55,798 bases of DNA, from positions 1 to 55,798 of the IMG/VR virus record IMGVR_UViG_3300031994_000001; one strand, given 5' to 3'. Of the stretch, positions 26,999 to 36,956 are shown in pieces. This DNA comes from a virus. Taxonomy: Duplodnaviria > Heunggongvirae > Uroviricota > Caudoviricetes. The notes below the pieces were generated by a model. That model was not told the origin of the DNA and searched no databases. It was given only the letters and a program-made list of their open reading frames with translations. The translations under genes and the position numbers were made by a program. Position 1 is the first letter of the stretch. Every line of letters begins with the position of its first letter.

Positions 26999-27364
26999 AT
27001 GGATATGTACTATTCAAGCAATGACAAAAAAGAAATTTTAGCAAATGCCGACAGATTCGGCAACCCGTCTGCATATATAGAAATCGCCACGCAGAAACAG
27101 ACAGTTTACGCTGTGTGCGAGGTTTCGTTATCAAACATAGCCAAAGTCATAGGGGAATTGGCTCGCCCTCTCGTCAACAACGGCGAATCCGTGAATGTCG
27201 GAATCGGAAATTTCGACAACGGCAAGGAGAATATTATGGTGAACGGCTCTGCCGATTCGGAAACCATAGGCAAGTTGAAAGAGGCGAACTTGGACGCGAT
27301 AACCGCGCTCACCTCCGCTATGATTAACCAAATCCTCCAATTCGCTTTCAAAACATATCACTGA
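26999..27364 (+). CDS. Hypothetical protein
   Basis: ATG after tRNA-Ile. Confidence 0.7.
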   Translation: MDMYYSSNDKKEILANADRFGNPSAYIEIATQKQTVYAVCEVSLSNIAKVIGELARPLVNNGESVNVGIGNFDNGKENIMVNGSADSETIGKLKEANLDAITALTSAMINQILQFAFKTYH

Positions 27365-27441
27365 CAACTGTCCGCACCATTCGTTTGGCTGCGGATTTTT
27401 TTGTTTCCTGCGGAATCATATAAATACTGAAAAGGTATGCT

Positions 27442-27576
27442 ATGGATTCCGAATGTGAAAAGAAAGACGAGCAAGTGTTCAATAACTACAACTTGGGCTG
27501 TGACGGCTGCTGTTGGGATTGCGAGGACAGAACTTGGTGCTGCCATTCCATCACGGGCGAACAGAGCAACGTGTAA
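27442..27576 (+). CDS. Small Cys-rich peptide (44 aa)
   Basis: MDSECEKKDEQVFNNYNLGCDGCCWDCEDRTWCCHSITGEQSNV behind TATAAATA (27419-27426). Confidence 0.55.
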   Translation: MDSECEKKDEQVFNNYNLGCDGCCWDCEDRTWCCHSITGEQSNV

Positions 27577-27665
27577 TTGTTCATAACTTTGTTGATAACT
27601 TTTTACGAATGTCTGTGTGCCGTATTGGTAAATGTTTTATTTTTGCGGCAATAAAATCACAGTTT

Positions 27666-27908
27666 ATGGAATCTAAAAAGGAAATCAAGTACAGATGGCG
27701 CGAGGCTTTCAACAATGTTTGGCACGAGACGCGCTGCGAGGTTTTGTCAAAGACAGACAAAACGGCGAAAATCAAACTGCTCGAATTTGGAAAGAACGGT
27801 GCGAGACCGAATACCGTTATGCGTGTTCACCTCAAATCCCTTATCGGTCTTGAACAGCCGAAAGTCGAAGCGGACACCTCTTGGCAGAGATATACTTATT
27901 TTAATTAA
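27666..27908 (+). CDS. Hypothetical protein (likely early)
   Basis: ATG downstream of host-type promoter. Confidence 0.7.
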   Translation: MESKKEIKYRWREAFNNVWHETRCEVLSKTDKTAKIKLLEFGKNGARPNTVMRVHLKSLIGLEQPKVEADTSWQRYTYFN

Positions 27909-27918
27909 ACCAAATGAT

Positions 27919-28374
27919 ATGATTACTTCAGCAATGGTCTTGATTGACCGAAACGGAAACATTCTCGGTTGCCACGCATACGGCAGACCGAGTGACACGG
28001 GCTACGACTTCCCGAAAGGTCTCGTTGATGAAGGCGAGACCGACTTTGAAGCCGCTTGCCGAGAACTGAAAGAGGAGACGGGTCTCACGCTCGGACTTCT
28101 TTACAGAAAGAACCTGCTTGTTATCGCGCAGCCAATTGACTGCGGCGTGCATAAACACAATCGGGAAAAGAACATACATCTGTACGTCTGCCCCGTCAAG
28201 GGATTCCCGCTTGCCGATTTGAAATGCACCTCGTACTTTGAGTTGCACGGCAAACAGTTCCCCGAAGTTGACAGTTACTCTGTTATATCGAAAGAGGACA
28301 GAAAGATGTTCAACAAGGTTCTATGGAATAAGTTTGACATTATAGACAAAGCCGTGTCGGATGTCGAATTTTAA
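27919..28374 (+). CDS. Nudix hydrolase
   Basis: Nudix box GLVDEGETDFEAACRELKEETGL. Confidence 0.9.
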   Translation: MITSAMVLIDRNGNILGCHAYGRPSDTGYDFPKGLVDEGETDFEAACRELKEETGLTLGLLYRKNLLVIAQPIDCGVHKHNREKNIHLYVCPVKGFPLADLKCTSYFELHGKQFPEVDSYSVISKEDRKMFNKVLWNKFDIIDKAVSDVEF

Positions 28375-28427
28375 GGGCGTTGCAAAAGCAACGCCTTTTT
28401 CTTTTATAAATATCAGAAAAGTTAAGT

Positions 28428-29303
28428 ATGGACATACTCAAATCGGAACAGTACATAGGCGAGAAACTTAATATAGCACCCGTTACGAAAGAACGGCTGA
28501 AAATGAGTGTGTATGATTTTGCCGCTGTGCGCGATTTCATACACGACAACAAATTGGTTTACAATAAGGAAACAAAGTGTTACGATTGCGAGGAAAGCGT
28601 TTCTGTTGACGACAGAATCGTTAGGGATGACAAAACGGGGTTTTTGATAAATTTCGGTGTGGTATTGGGCTTTTTCTGCAATGGCTGCAAATTGGTCGGG
28701 TTGAACGGCGCACCAAAGGAGGTTCTTGACAAATTCAATTGTGCAAACAACAAACTCACAAATCTCATAGGGTCTCCGACAAAGGTGGGGTATTTCTATT
28801 GCTACAACAACAAACTAACGTCATTGGAAGGCGCACCCGTTGAGGTGGAACACGATTTCAATTGCAGGGATAATCAGTTGACAACGCTCGAACACGCTCC
28901 GAAGAAAGTTGGTGGTATGTTTATTTGCAAGGGGAATAAGTTGACGACACTCGAAGGCGCACCATATCAATGTAAGACGTTCAACTGTAGCGACAACGAA
29001 CTGTATTCGCTTGAATTTGCGCCAAAGAAAGTTTGGGGTAATTTCCTCTGTTCGAATAACCATCTTACTATGCTTGAATATGCACCGCCGATGGCTGTGC
29101 TTTTTGACTGTTCAAGAAACGAACTGACATCGCTCGTTGGCGCACCGAATCGTGTTACAAAGGATTTTTATTGCAACAAGAACAATTTGAAAACGCTTGT
29201 TGGCGCACCGAGGTATGTCGGTGGCACATTCGATTGCACGGAAAACCCTCTTGTGTCGCTTGATGGGAAACCCGTTACAATAGTTGGACATTTTGCGCAT
29301 TGA
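28428..29303 (+). CDS. EKLNI-tag + leucine-rich repeat protein
   Basis: MDILKSEQYIGEKLNIAPVTKERL; ~22-aa LTTLEGAP..VGG.F.C..N repeats; TATAAATA 28405-28412. Confidence 0.85.
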   Translation: MDILKSEQYIGEKLNIAPVTKERLKMSVYDFAAVRDFIHDNKLVYNKETKCYDCEESVSVDDRIVRDDKTGFLINFGVVLGFFCNGCKLVGLNGAPKEVLDKFNCANNKLTNLIGSPTKVGYFYCYNNKLTSLEGAPVEVEHDFNCRDNQLTTLEHAPKKVGGMFICKGNKLTTLEGAPYQCKTFNCSDNELYSLEFAPKKVWGNFLCSNNHLTMLEYAPPMAVLFDCSRNELTSLVGAPNRVTKDFYCNKNNLKTLVGAPRYVGGTFDCTENPLVSLDGKPVTIVGHFAH

Positions 29304-29333
29304 CGAATATAAATATATAAATGTTTTATTCTT

Positions 29334-29855
29334 ATGGAAATACTGCGTTCCGAAGATTATATCAATGAGAAACTGAACATTCAGCCCGTTTCAAAGGAAA
29401 GAATGTCCGAGATAGTGGATGGCACATACGCCATAACGGGATGTACTGTTGAATGGGAGGATGACCAAGATTATATGAGTGAACACAAAAACGGATTGAG
29501 CGGAAGCAAGAAATATCCGATTCGTATGAAAGCGGATTCGCTCGAACAGTTGCTCATTGGTTTTGCAAAGAAAGTCGCGCCTAATCACACGTTGGACTTT
29601 GTGAATGATTGGGAGGAAAGTGATTTGAAGGATTATACTTTGATGCTGTTTTTGAAAGGGCATTTGAATAAGGAAACCTTTGAGTTCACAGACCCGACAT
29701 CCGAAGAATGGGATGAATTTTTGGACGGTAAGCGGACAATGACTTGTGTTTACTATTGCGTTGACATAACCAAGGGTGGCAAACGTGCCGATTTGAGCGA
29801 TGAAATGTCGGAACTTTATGAAAAGTATAATGAAATGAAAAGGAATAAAAAATAA
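29334..29855 (+). CDS. EKLNI-tag + acidic unknown domain
   Basis: MEILRSEDYINEKLNIQPVSKERM; TATAAATA 29308-29315. Confidence 0.8.
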   Translation: MEILRSEDYINEKLNIQPVSKERMSEIVDGTYAITGCTVEWEDDQDYMSEHKNGLSGSKKYPIRMKADSLEQLLIGFAKKVAPNHTLDFVNDWEESDLKDYTLMLFLKGHLNKETFEFTDPTSEEWDEFLDGKRTMTCVYYCVDITKGGKRADLSDEMSELYEKYNEMKRNKK

Positions 29856-29860
29856 GAAAT

Positions 29861-30280
29861 ATGGCACATATAAAGAAAATTAACGAAATGGCGGGTAATT
29901 ACACGCTAAAAGGTCTCCTTCTCGGATATGAAGAAGAAGGTAAATATGCAATGGCTGTTGACGGTTTTCAAGCGATTTATCAAACATTATATAGTGATGA
30001 CGAAGTAAATGGTGCTGTTGACTTTTGTGTATATGCTTCCGAAAAACCCAATATTGACGAAGAAAGCATTTTCGATTATCTTTGTGAATTTATATTTGAT
30101 AAGTTGGTTGATGATGCCACTGACGCGAATATTATCAACGCCATTTATAACGGCGACCATTTGAACTATTTGTCGTCAAGATGTGAAATGTTTAAGGAAT
30201 TTGACAATAGCCAATATACCCAATGGGCGAGCGAAGTTGCAGACTTGCTCGGTATAGAACTTGATTATTACGAAAATTAA
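29861..30280 (+). CDS. Hypothetical protein with MAHIKKINE leader (possible internal head protein)
   Basis: Short I-x-E-ending leader. Confidence 0.7.
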   Translation: MAHIKKINEMAGNYTLKGLLLGYEEEGKYAMAVDGFQAIYQTLYSDDEVNGAVDFCVYASEKPNIDEESIFDYLCEFIFDKLVDDATDANIINAIYNGDHLNYLSSRCEMFKEFDNSQYTQWASEVADLLGIELDYYEN

Positions 30281-30296
30281 ATGATACCTCACATAA

Positions 30297-30328
30297 CAAA
30301 AAGCCACTCTGAACAGAGGGGCTTTTTG
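30297..30328. terminator. Bidirectional terminator
   Basis: caaaaagcc-a-ctctg..cagag-g-ggctttttg between convergent genes. Confidence 0.7.
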
Positions 30329-30970
30329 TTATTTTTTAAAGTCTCCTTTAATCCAACTTGGTTTTGTTTTTGGTAAAACAAGGTTCGGGTTATTGATACA
30401 ATAAAAATCATCTTTGACTTCATTTGGTGCGCCTTCGAGTGTGGTGAGTTGATTATAACTGCAATCAAAATAACCGCCGACTTTCTGTGGTGCGCCTTCA
30501 AGTGTTGTGAGTTTGTTATTGGAACAGTCAAAATTTTCGCCGACTTCATTCGGTGCGCCTTCAAGTGTTGTGAGTTGATTATAACTGCAATAAAAACTCC
30601 TACCAACTCTCTGCGGTGCGCCTTCGAGTGTGGTAAGTTGATTATGATGGCAATAAAAATTCCCGCTAATTTCATTTGGTGCGCCTTCAAGGGTTGTCAG
30701 TTCGTTAAAACTGCATTCAAAATCCCCGCCGATTTTACCAAAGTTAATGGCAAGTACACCGTTTTTTACAACACGACCGTCAACATTAATACTTTTATCA
30801 GTATCGTATAGTCTTGTTAATGGATTCCATACGAGATTGTTGTCTTTTATGAATTGTTTCGTTTTATCATCAACTTCGGGTTCTTTACACAATTCAGCAA
30901 GTCTATCTTTTGAAACGGACTTAATGTTCAGTTTCTCGTTTATGTATTGTTCGGATTTAAGTATTTCCAT
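30329..30970 (-). CDS. EKLNI-tag + LRR protein
   Basis: Tag plus 22-aa repeats, C-terminal KPSWIKG cap. Confidence 0.88.
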   Translation of the reverse strand: MEILKSEQYINEKLNIKSVSKDRLAELCKEPEVDDKTKQFIKDNNLVWNPLTRLYDTDKSINVDGRVVKNGVLAINFGKIGGDFECSFNELTTLEGAPNEISGNFYCHHNQLTTLEGAPQRVGRSFYCSYNQLTTLEGAPNEVGENFDCSNNKLTTLEGAPQKVGGYFDCSYNQLTTLEGAPNEVKDDFYCINNPNLVLPKTKPSWIKGDFKK

Positions 30971-30974
30971 ATTA

Positions 30975-31631
30975 TTATTTTGTTATAAATTCGCCTTTTA
31001 CCCAACTTGGTTTTTCGTTTGGAAATATATTTTCATATTTGTTGCCTTTGCAAATGAAGTTTCCGCCGACTTCATACGGTGCGCCATTTAGACTCAACAA
31101 TTTATTATAACTGCAATCAAAATCACCCGCTATTTTTTGTGGAGAACCGCGTAGTGACATAAGTTCCCAATTATTTTGACAAGAAAAGTTGCCGCCAACC
31201 TCTTGCGGTGCGCCACGTAGCGATGTGAGAAAATTATTGCTGCATTGAAAATGACCGCCGACTTTTTGCGGTGAACCTGCGAGGGATTCGATTGTGTTAC
31301 CAGAACACATAAAAAAACCTCCGACTTCTTGCGGTGCGCCTTCAAGCGTTTTCAATTTGGCTTTCGTATCTACAACAAAATTCCCCTTTACATATCCAAA
31401 TTTTATTTTAAGTTTTTTGTCATTTCCGACAATATTTTCATTGACCCAAACATCACCGTCACAATCGTAACATTTTGTACGATGATTCCATTTCAAATTA
31501 TATTCATCTATGAACTCTCTTACTTTTTCATCAACATTAGGTTCTTTGAAAAAGTCAGAAAGTCTTTCTTTTGTCACGGGTTTAATGTTCAGTTTCTCGC
31601 CAATGTATTGTTCTGATTTTAGTATTTTCAT
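30975..31631 (-). CDS. EKLNI-tag + LRR protein
   Basis: Tag plus 22-aa repeats, KPSWVKG cap. Confidence 0.88.
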   Translation of the reverse strand: MKILKSEQYIGEKLNIKPVTKERLSDFFKEPNVDEKVREFIDEYNLKWNHRTKCYDCDGDVWVNENIVGNDKKLKIKFGYVKGNFVVDTKAKLKTLEGAPQEVGGFFMCSGNTIESLAGSPQKVGGHFQCSNNFLTSLRGAPQEVGGNFSCQNNWELMSLRGSPQKIAGDFDCSYNKLLSLNGAPYEVGGNFICKGNKYENIFPNEKPSWVKGEFITK

Positions 31632-31634
31632 AAT

Positions 31635-32462
31635 CTATTGTCTGATTTTTCCTTTAATCCAACTCGGTTTATTTTTCGGTAGAACAAGGTTTGGATTATT
31701 ACTGCAACAAAAATCACCACCGACTTCATTCGGTGCGCCTTCAAGGGTTGTTAATTCGTTATTATAGCAATCAAATTCGCCATCTACTTTCTGCGGTGCG
31801 CCTTTTAGGTTTGTGAGTTCGTTATCACTGCAATAAAAACCACCACCGATTTCCTGCGGTGCGCCTTCAAGGGTTGTTAATTTGTTATTACTGCAACCAA
31901 AATATCCGCCGATTTCCTTCGGTGCGCCTTCAAGGGTTGTTAATTTGTTATAAGCGCAATCAAAGTATCCACCTACTTTTAAAGGTGCGCCTTCAAGGGT
32001 TGTTAATTTGTTATTAAAACAATTAAAATCACCGCCGACTTCCTGCGGTGCGCCTTCAAGCGTTGTGAGTTTGTTATATTTGCAACTAAAATACCCACCG
32101 ACTTTCCTCGGTGCGCCGTCAAGCGTTGTCAAATTATTACGACCGCAATAAAAATTACCGCCGACTTCATTCGGTACGCCTTCAAGGGTTGTCATAATAT
32201 TTTCATTGCAATCAAAATTGCCGTTTACTTTCCCGAATCTTATTTTAAGTTTACCGTCAAGCACTATGTCTTTTGAAATGTCAACGTCTCCGTCACAGTC
32301 ATAACATTTTGTTAATGGATTCCATACGAGATTGTTGTCTTCTATGAATTGTTTCGTTTTATCATCAACTTCGGGTTCTTTACACGAATCAAGCATATCC
32401 TTTGAAACGGGTTTTATGTTCAGTTTCTCGCTTATGTATTGTTCGGATTTCAGTATTTCCAT
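31635..32462 (-). CDS. EKLNI-tag + LRR protein
   Basis: Tag plus a longer run of 22-aa repeats, KPSWIKG cap. Confidence 0.88.
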   Translation of the reverse strand: MEILKSEQYISEKLNIKPVSKDMLDSCKEPEVDDKTKQFIEDNNLVWNPLTKCYDCDGDVDISKDIVLDGKLKIRFGKVNGNFDCNENIMTTLEGVPNEVGGNFYCGRNNLTTLDGAPRKVGGYFSCKYNKLTTLEGAPQEVGGDFNCFNNKLTTLEGAPLKVGGYFDCAYNKLTTLEGAPKEIGGYFGCSNNKLTTLEGAPQEIGGGFYCSDNELTNLKGAPQKVDGEFDCYNNELTTLEGAPNEVGGDFCCSNNPNLVLPKNKPSWIKGKIRQ

Positions 32463-32463
32463 A

Positions 32464-32543
32464 TTAGTATTTTGTTATAAGTTCGTCTATCTGTTGTTTT
32501 TGCATATAAAGTTTCCGTCAACTTTCTGCGGTTCGCCACGAAG
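32464..32543 (-). pseudogene. Relic of a deleted LRR paralog
   Basis: Out-of-frame LRGEPQKVDGNFICKNNR and DELITKY* matching the end of 30975-31631. Confidence 0.6.
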
Positions 32544-33117
32544 TTGTTATGATTTTTCCTTTAATCCAACTCGGTTTTGTTTTTGGTAAAACAAGGTTCG
32601 GGTTATCACTACAATATAAATTACCACTGACTTCCTGCGGTGCGCCTTTAAGGTTTGTGAGTTCGTTATCACTGCAATTAAAACCATCTTTGACTTTCTG
32701 TGGTGCGCCTTCAAGCGTTTTCAGATTGTTATCACTGCAATCAAAACCATCACCGACTTTCCTTGGTGCGCCTTCAAGTGACGTGAGTCTATTTCCACTG
32801 CAATCAAAATAACCACCGACTTCCTGCGGTGCGCCGTCAAGGGTTGTAAGTTCGCTAAAACTGCAATTAAAATATCCTTTAACGTGTCCGAATCTTATTT
32901 TAAGTCTGCCGTCAGACACTATGTCGTTTGGAATTATAACATTCCCGTCACAATCATAACGTCTCGTTGATGGATTCCATACGAGATTGTTGTCTTCTAT
33001 GAATCGCCTTGTTTCACTGTCGGTTAATGGTTCTTTAACTGAATCAAGCCTATCTTTTGTTACTGGTGTTATATTCAGTTTTTCGCTGATGTATTGTTCG
33101 GATTTCAGTATTTCCAT
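32518..33117 (-). CDS. EKLNI-tag + LRR protein
   Basis: Start moved to MEILKSEQY; minus-strand TATAAATA at 33135-33142. Confidence 0.88.
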   Translation of the reverse strand: MEILKSEQYISEKLNITPVTKDRLDSVKEPLTDSETRRFIEDNNLVWNPSTRRYDCDGNVIIPNDIVSDGRLKIRFGHVKGYFNCSFSELTTLDGAPQEVGGYFDCSGNRLTSLEGAPRKVGDGFDCSDNNLKTLEGAPQKVKDGFNCSDNELTNLKGAPQEVSGNLYCSDNPNLVLPKTKPSWIKGKIITTSWRTAES

Positions 33118-33146
33118 AGTTCTTATATATAAGTTATTTATAAGCG

Positions 33147-35057
33147 TCAATAGTGTAGCGGCTGCGCCCTCAACTGTGTGTACGGGTTTGGTTTTGACAC
33201 AGTTACAGTGCTTTGGTAGGGTGTCGGAAATTCCTGCTTCGGTTCTGCCTCGTAGTCGCTACCGTATAGATGCTTGTAAAGTTCCTGCTCGGTTTCGGGG
33301 TTGTCTTCAAGAACAATGTCGGCAGTCCAACGGAAGTCTCTGTTGTCGAAGAATGCGCTTGCGTCAACGCAGGACATAGCGCGGTCATCGTGGTCGGTGA
33401 TTGCGGCGTATGTAGAACCGTTCCGACCGAAGAGGTTGAACTCGCCTATCGTTTCGGGTTCGTGGATAATCATACGACCCGAATTGATGTGCTTCCTTGT
33501 GTTCTGACAGTATATGAGTTTGTTGTCTTTGTTGAGTTTGAGTCCAGGCTCGGCAACCTTTCTGTCAGCAGCCCTTTTGAATTTGAGAACGGTTGACGGG
33601 TCGAAGTCGTTTTTGTCACCGAAAGCGTTGCCCATAGCGTTGTAAACCTCTCCGCCAAATGCGTTCCATTCAAGCAGAATCTTTATGTTGTCGGGATTGA
33701 ACACCATATGCGTAAGTATGTAGAGCAATTTGGCGAACTTCTGCAAGTGTATCTTGTTGCTCGCAAATATGCCGACCTGCTCCAAGCCTATGAAGTCGTA
33801 AATCGAATCGGGCGAAGTGACCTTATCCCAATCAGCCTTATCCATAATCCGCATACGGAATATGTTTATGATTGAGTTGTCGCCTCCGTTACCTTCGGCG
33901 ATGTCTATGCTGAACAAGAATTGGTCGTTTGTGGACTTTGCCGCTTCGGGGTCGAAATCCTGCTTCCACAGAATGTCGCGTGCTTCCTCTATGTCGTAGT
34001 CATCGAAGATTGCAAGTCCGTCAGACTTGACGAAATCTTCGCGGGATTCTTCGAGTATGCGCAGGGCGTTGGGTCCCAACAAGAGGTTGCCCGTACTCAA
34101 GAACGAGTTGCCGTACTGTGCGCCGAACCTTTCCCTGCCCAATTCCTCGTCAGAGCCGCCCAAGTCGCGTATCATTTTATCCATCCAAGATTTGTCCCTC
34201 TTGACCCAACATTTCTTTTCCTTATCCCAATCTGGTACTTGCCACCAATCAATTCTGAACGGTTTGAATGAGTTGATTCCCTTTGTTGCGGCATCGTAAA
34301 TCTGATAAAAGCGGTTCATACCGTTTGGCGTTGAGGTCACGATAATCTTGCTGTCGGGCAATGACGAAACGGTAGGGTAGATGTTGTCAAAGAACTCGTC
34401 AATGACATTCTTTTCAACGTGAGCGAACTCGTCAAGGTAGAGACAGTGGATTGTGAATCCGATACCGCTTCGAGGGGTCGTTGATTCGCCTATGAGACGG
34501 CATCCGTTGTCGAACACGCATTCAAGACTGCCCCATTTGTTGACCCCAGGCTTCATAAAGAACGGCACGTTCATAATGACATCCTGCACCTTTTTCAGAA
34601 CATCCCTTGCCGTTTTCTCCTTGTTTGCGCAACAGAACACCGTTTTGTCGTAGTTGAAAAGGATATACCAAGCGAGGTATATTGAGGAAGAAACGGTTTT
34701 TCCGCTCTGCCTGCTCGAAAGTATCACGGTGAATCTGTTGTCCGTTATTGTGTGTAGCAAATCCTCTTGGTAGTCGCGCAGTGTTATGGGTTCGAGTGCG
34801 CCCGTGGTTGGCGACATTGTGTATGCGTAGTGGTTGGCGAAGTAGTTGACATCGTTTTTGCATTTCACAAGTTCGTCAATCTCCTGCTGTGTGTATTCAT
34901 ATAAAAGATTGGGTTTCCTCAAATATGTGTTGCCGAAATAGTACGGGTTGTCCTTTCTCTCTATTCCGTTGTTGAGGTCGTCTGTGAACTGCTGTATCGC
35001 TTTCGTACTCCACACAGAGGTCTGCTGTGCCTGCTGTTGTGTTTGTCTTGCTGCCAT
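33147..35057 (-). CDS. terL: Terminase large subunit (T4 gp17-like)
   Basis: LRDYQ, SRQSGKT, LYLDEFAH, TSTPNG, RNase H-like SIDIAEG.GGDNS, HDDRAMS. Confidence 0.93.
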   Translation of the reverse strand: MAARQTQQQAQQTSVWSTKAIQQFTDDLNNGIERKDNPYYFGNTYLRKPNLLYEYTQQEIDELVKCKNDVNYFANHYAYTMSPTTGALEPITLRDYQEDLLHTITDNRFTVILSSRQSGKTVSSSIYLAWYILFNYDKTVFCCANKEKTARDVLKKVQDVIMNVPFFMKPGVNKWGSLECVFDNGCRLIGESTTPRSGIGFTIHCLYLDEFAHVEKNVIDEFFDNIYPTVSSLPDSKIIVTSTPNGMNRFYQIYDAATKGINSFKPFRIDWWQVPDWDKEKKCWVKRDKSWMDKMIRDLGGSDEELGRERFGAQYGNSFLSTGNLLLGPNALRILEESREDFVKSDGLAIFDDYDIEEARDILWKQDFDPEAAKSTNDQFLFSIDIAEGNGGDNSIINIFRMRIMDKADWDKVTSPDSIYDFIGLEQVGIFASNKIHLQKFAKLLYILTHMVFNPDNIKILLEWNAFGGEVYNAMGNAFGDKNDFDPSTVLKFKRAADRKVAEPGLKLNKDNKLIYCQNTRKHINSGRMIIHEPETIGEFNLFGRNGSTYAAITDHDDRAMSCVDASAFFDNRDFRWTADIVLEDNPETEQELYKHLYGSDYEAEPKQEFPTPYQSTVTVSKPNPYTQLRAQPLHY

Positions 35058-35195
35058 ATTTCACATATATTCTATGCGTCTTGGAATATCAAATCTGCGT
35101 TATTTCGTTCATATTTTTTGCGCGTTTTTGAGATTTTTTTATTATATTATTCCAAGAAACGCTATTTATATTTATAAAGGATAAAAACAACTTTT

Positions 35196-36044
35196 ATGGA
35201 ACATCAAATAGGTCAAGAAATTACGATTAACGCACGGCACAACATCAAGGTTGTTGTGTGCGAACACCGCAACTGTGACGGCTGTTTTTTCATCTACAAA
35301 TGCAAGACCGACAACCGAGAGGATGTCAAGAACGCATACGGCGAATGCTCCTGCCTTGAACGCAAGGACGGCAAGAACATCATATTCCTGCCCGTCTCCG
35401 ACAACGGTATGAAGTTCAATACCGACAAAGCGGTGGTGAACATTCCTCTGTACTTCCAAGAGACTGATTCATACGAAGTTGGCTCGAAAGTATGGTTCGC
35501 TTCCGACCTGCATTTGTTCCACGACAGAGAGTTCATTTGGCGTGCGAGAGGGTTCAAGGACATTGACGAAATGAACGCTGAAATCGAAAAGCGTTGGAAC
35601 GAAACGGTGGGTAAAAACGACCACGTTTATGTGCTTGGCGACCTTATGCTCGGCGGTGTTTCCAACAAGGGAATGGACACGCTGAAACGGTTGAACGGCA
35701 ATATACATATCGTAATCGGAAACCACGACACCGACAACCGTCTCGCGCTTTACAGAATGCTGCCGAATGTCAAGAGCGTGACATTCGCCGCGAAGGTAAA
35801 GTACGGCGGCTACAATTTCTTCCTCACCCACTTCCCGTGTCTGACGGGCAACATCGAAAAGGAAAGTCTGAAGCAGATGAGCCTTAATCTGTCGGGTCAC
35901 ACCCACAGCAAGGACAAATTCTTCTACGACCTGCCCTATGTTTACAATGTGGCTGTGGATGCGCACAACTGCACACCCGTTTCGGTTGACGAAATCATAA
36001 CCGATATGATTGCCAAGGTTGAAGAATGCAAAAAGGAACTGTAA
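35196..36044 (+). CDS. Calcineurin-like metallophosphoesterase with Cys-rich N-terminal extension
   Basis: SDLH, LGD, GNHD, THFP, GHTH motifs. Confidence 0.88.
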   Translation: MEHQIGQEITINARHNIKVVVCEHRNCDGCFFIYKCKTDNREDVKNAYGECSCLERKDGKNIIFLPVSDNGMKFNTDKAVVNIPLYFQETDSYEVGSKVWFASDLHLFHDREFIWRARGFKDIDEMNAEIEKRWNETVGKNDHVYVLGDLMLGGVSNKGMDTLKRLNGNIHIVIGNHDTDNRLALYRMLPNVKSVTFAAKVKYGGYNFFLTHFPCLTGNIEKESLKQMSLNLSGHTHSKDKFFYDLPYVYNVAVDAHNCTPVSVDEIITDMIAKVEECKKEL

Positions 36045-36045
36045 T

Positions 36046-36342
36046 ATGAAAAGGATTCTGTTTACTCTTGCTCTGTGTCTTATTGTATGTGCGTCTTGCA
36101 GGCATACCTTTTATGACCGAGAAGGCGTTGTCACAAAGGTGAAGATTGAGCATTCGTCATACAAAGACGTGAAATACTGTTACAAGGTCATTGTCGAAGA
36201 CATTGATAAGACGGAACTTTCTGGTAAATTCATTTTATACACGAATGTCAAATACCAAGTCGGTGACACGGTTTCCATCGGAAATGCGAATACCAATACC
36301 GTTGTGGTACACGACACTATGTTTTACCGTATGAGTGACTGA
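36046..36342 (+). CDS. Putative lipoprotein
   Basis: MKRILFTLALCLIVCASC signal/lipobox. Confidence 0.65.
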   Translation: MKRILFTLALCLIVCASCRHTFYDREGVVTKVKIEHSSYKDVKYCYKVIVEDIDKTELSGKFILYTNVKYQVGDTVSIGNANTNTVVVHDTMFYRMSD

Positions 36343-36344
36343 TT

Positions 36345-36872
36345 ATGGCGGCACATAGGGAAGACCATAAAGAAAGCGGAGACAACAACAGTATCATACT
36401 TTTTATGACGTTGTTGCTTTGGTATTGCGACTTTGACGGTGTAGTCAAGGGTCACAAGGGCTGCGGTTATGACATAAAGGGGATAAAGGGGGACACGGAG
36501 TATTTGTTCAATCTCAAACAGCGTGCCGTCAGCAGCGACCGATATGGCGACCTCGTTATGGATAAGGAGGATTTCGATGCCCTGCATTGGGCGCAGGAAA
36601 AAAACAAGAACGCAAAGGTTCTCTATGTTCAGTTTTTTACCGACTATGTTATTTACATTACAAACGATAAGGATTGGGAGGAAATAAAAAGAGACTGTCC
36701 GACAACAACGAGGTTTTCCGACAACACTTATGTCAAAAAGGTTCTTATGCGGAAAGACCAATGCGCCGACAATGTGAAACGAATTGACTTGAACACAATG
36801 TGTTTGGACGATAAGAAGTATATCTATGGCAAGCCGTGCAGGAAAACAGAGGAACGCAAAAGTCTGTTCTGA
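36345..36872 (+). CDS. Hypothetical protein, possible degenerate PD-(D/E)XK fold
   Basis: YD...FNLKQR (N at the expected acidic position), CPTTTRF..VKK. Confidence 0.5.
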   Translation: MAAHREDHKESGDNNSIILFMTLLLWYCDFDGVVKGHKGCGYDIKGIKGDTEYLFNLKQRAVSSDRYGDLVMDKEDFDALHWAQEKNKNAKVLYVQFFTDYVIYITNDKDWEEIKRDCPTTTRFSDNTYVKKVLMRKDQCADNVKRIDLNTMCLDDKKYIYGKPCRKTEERKSLF

Positions 36873-36956
36873 TGTTGATAACTTTGTTGATAACTTTTTT
36901 GTGAAAAATGTGTTGAGTGTATAAAAAAATTGTATTTTTGCAGCGTAATTAAATAA

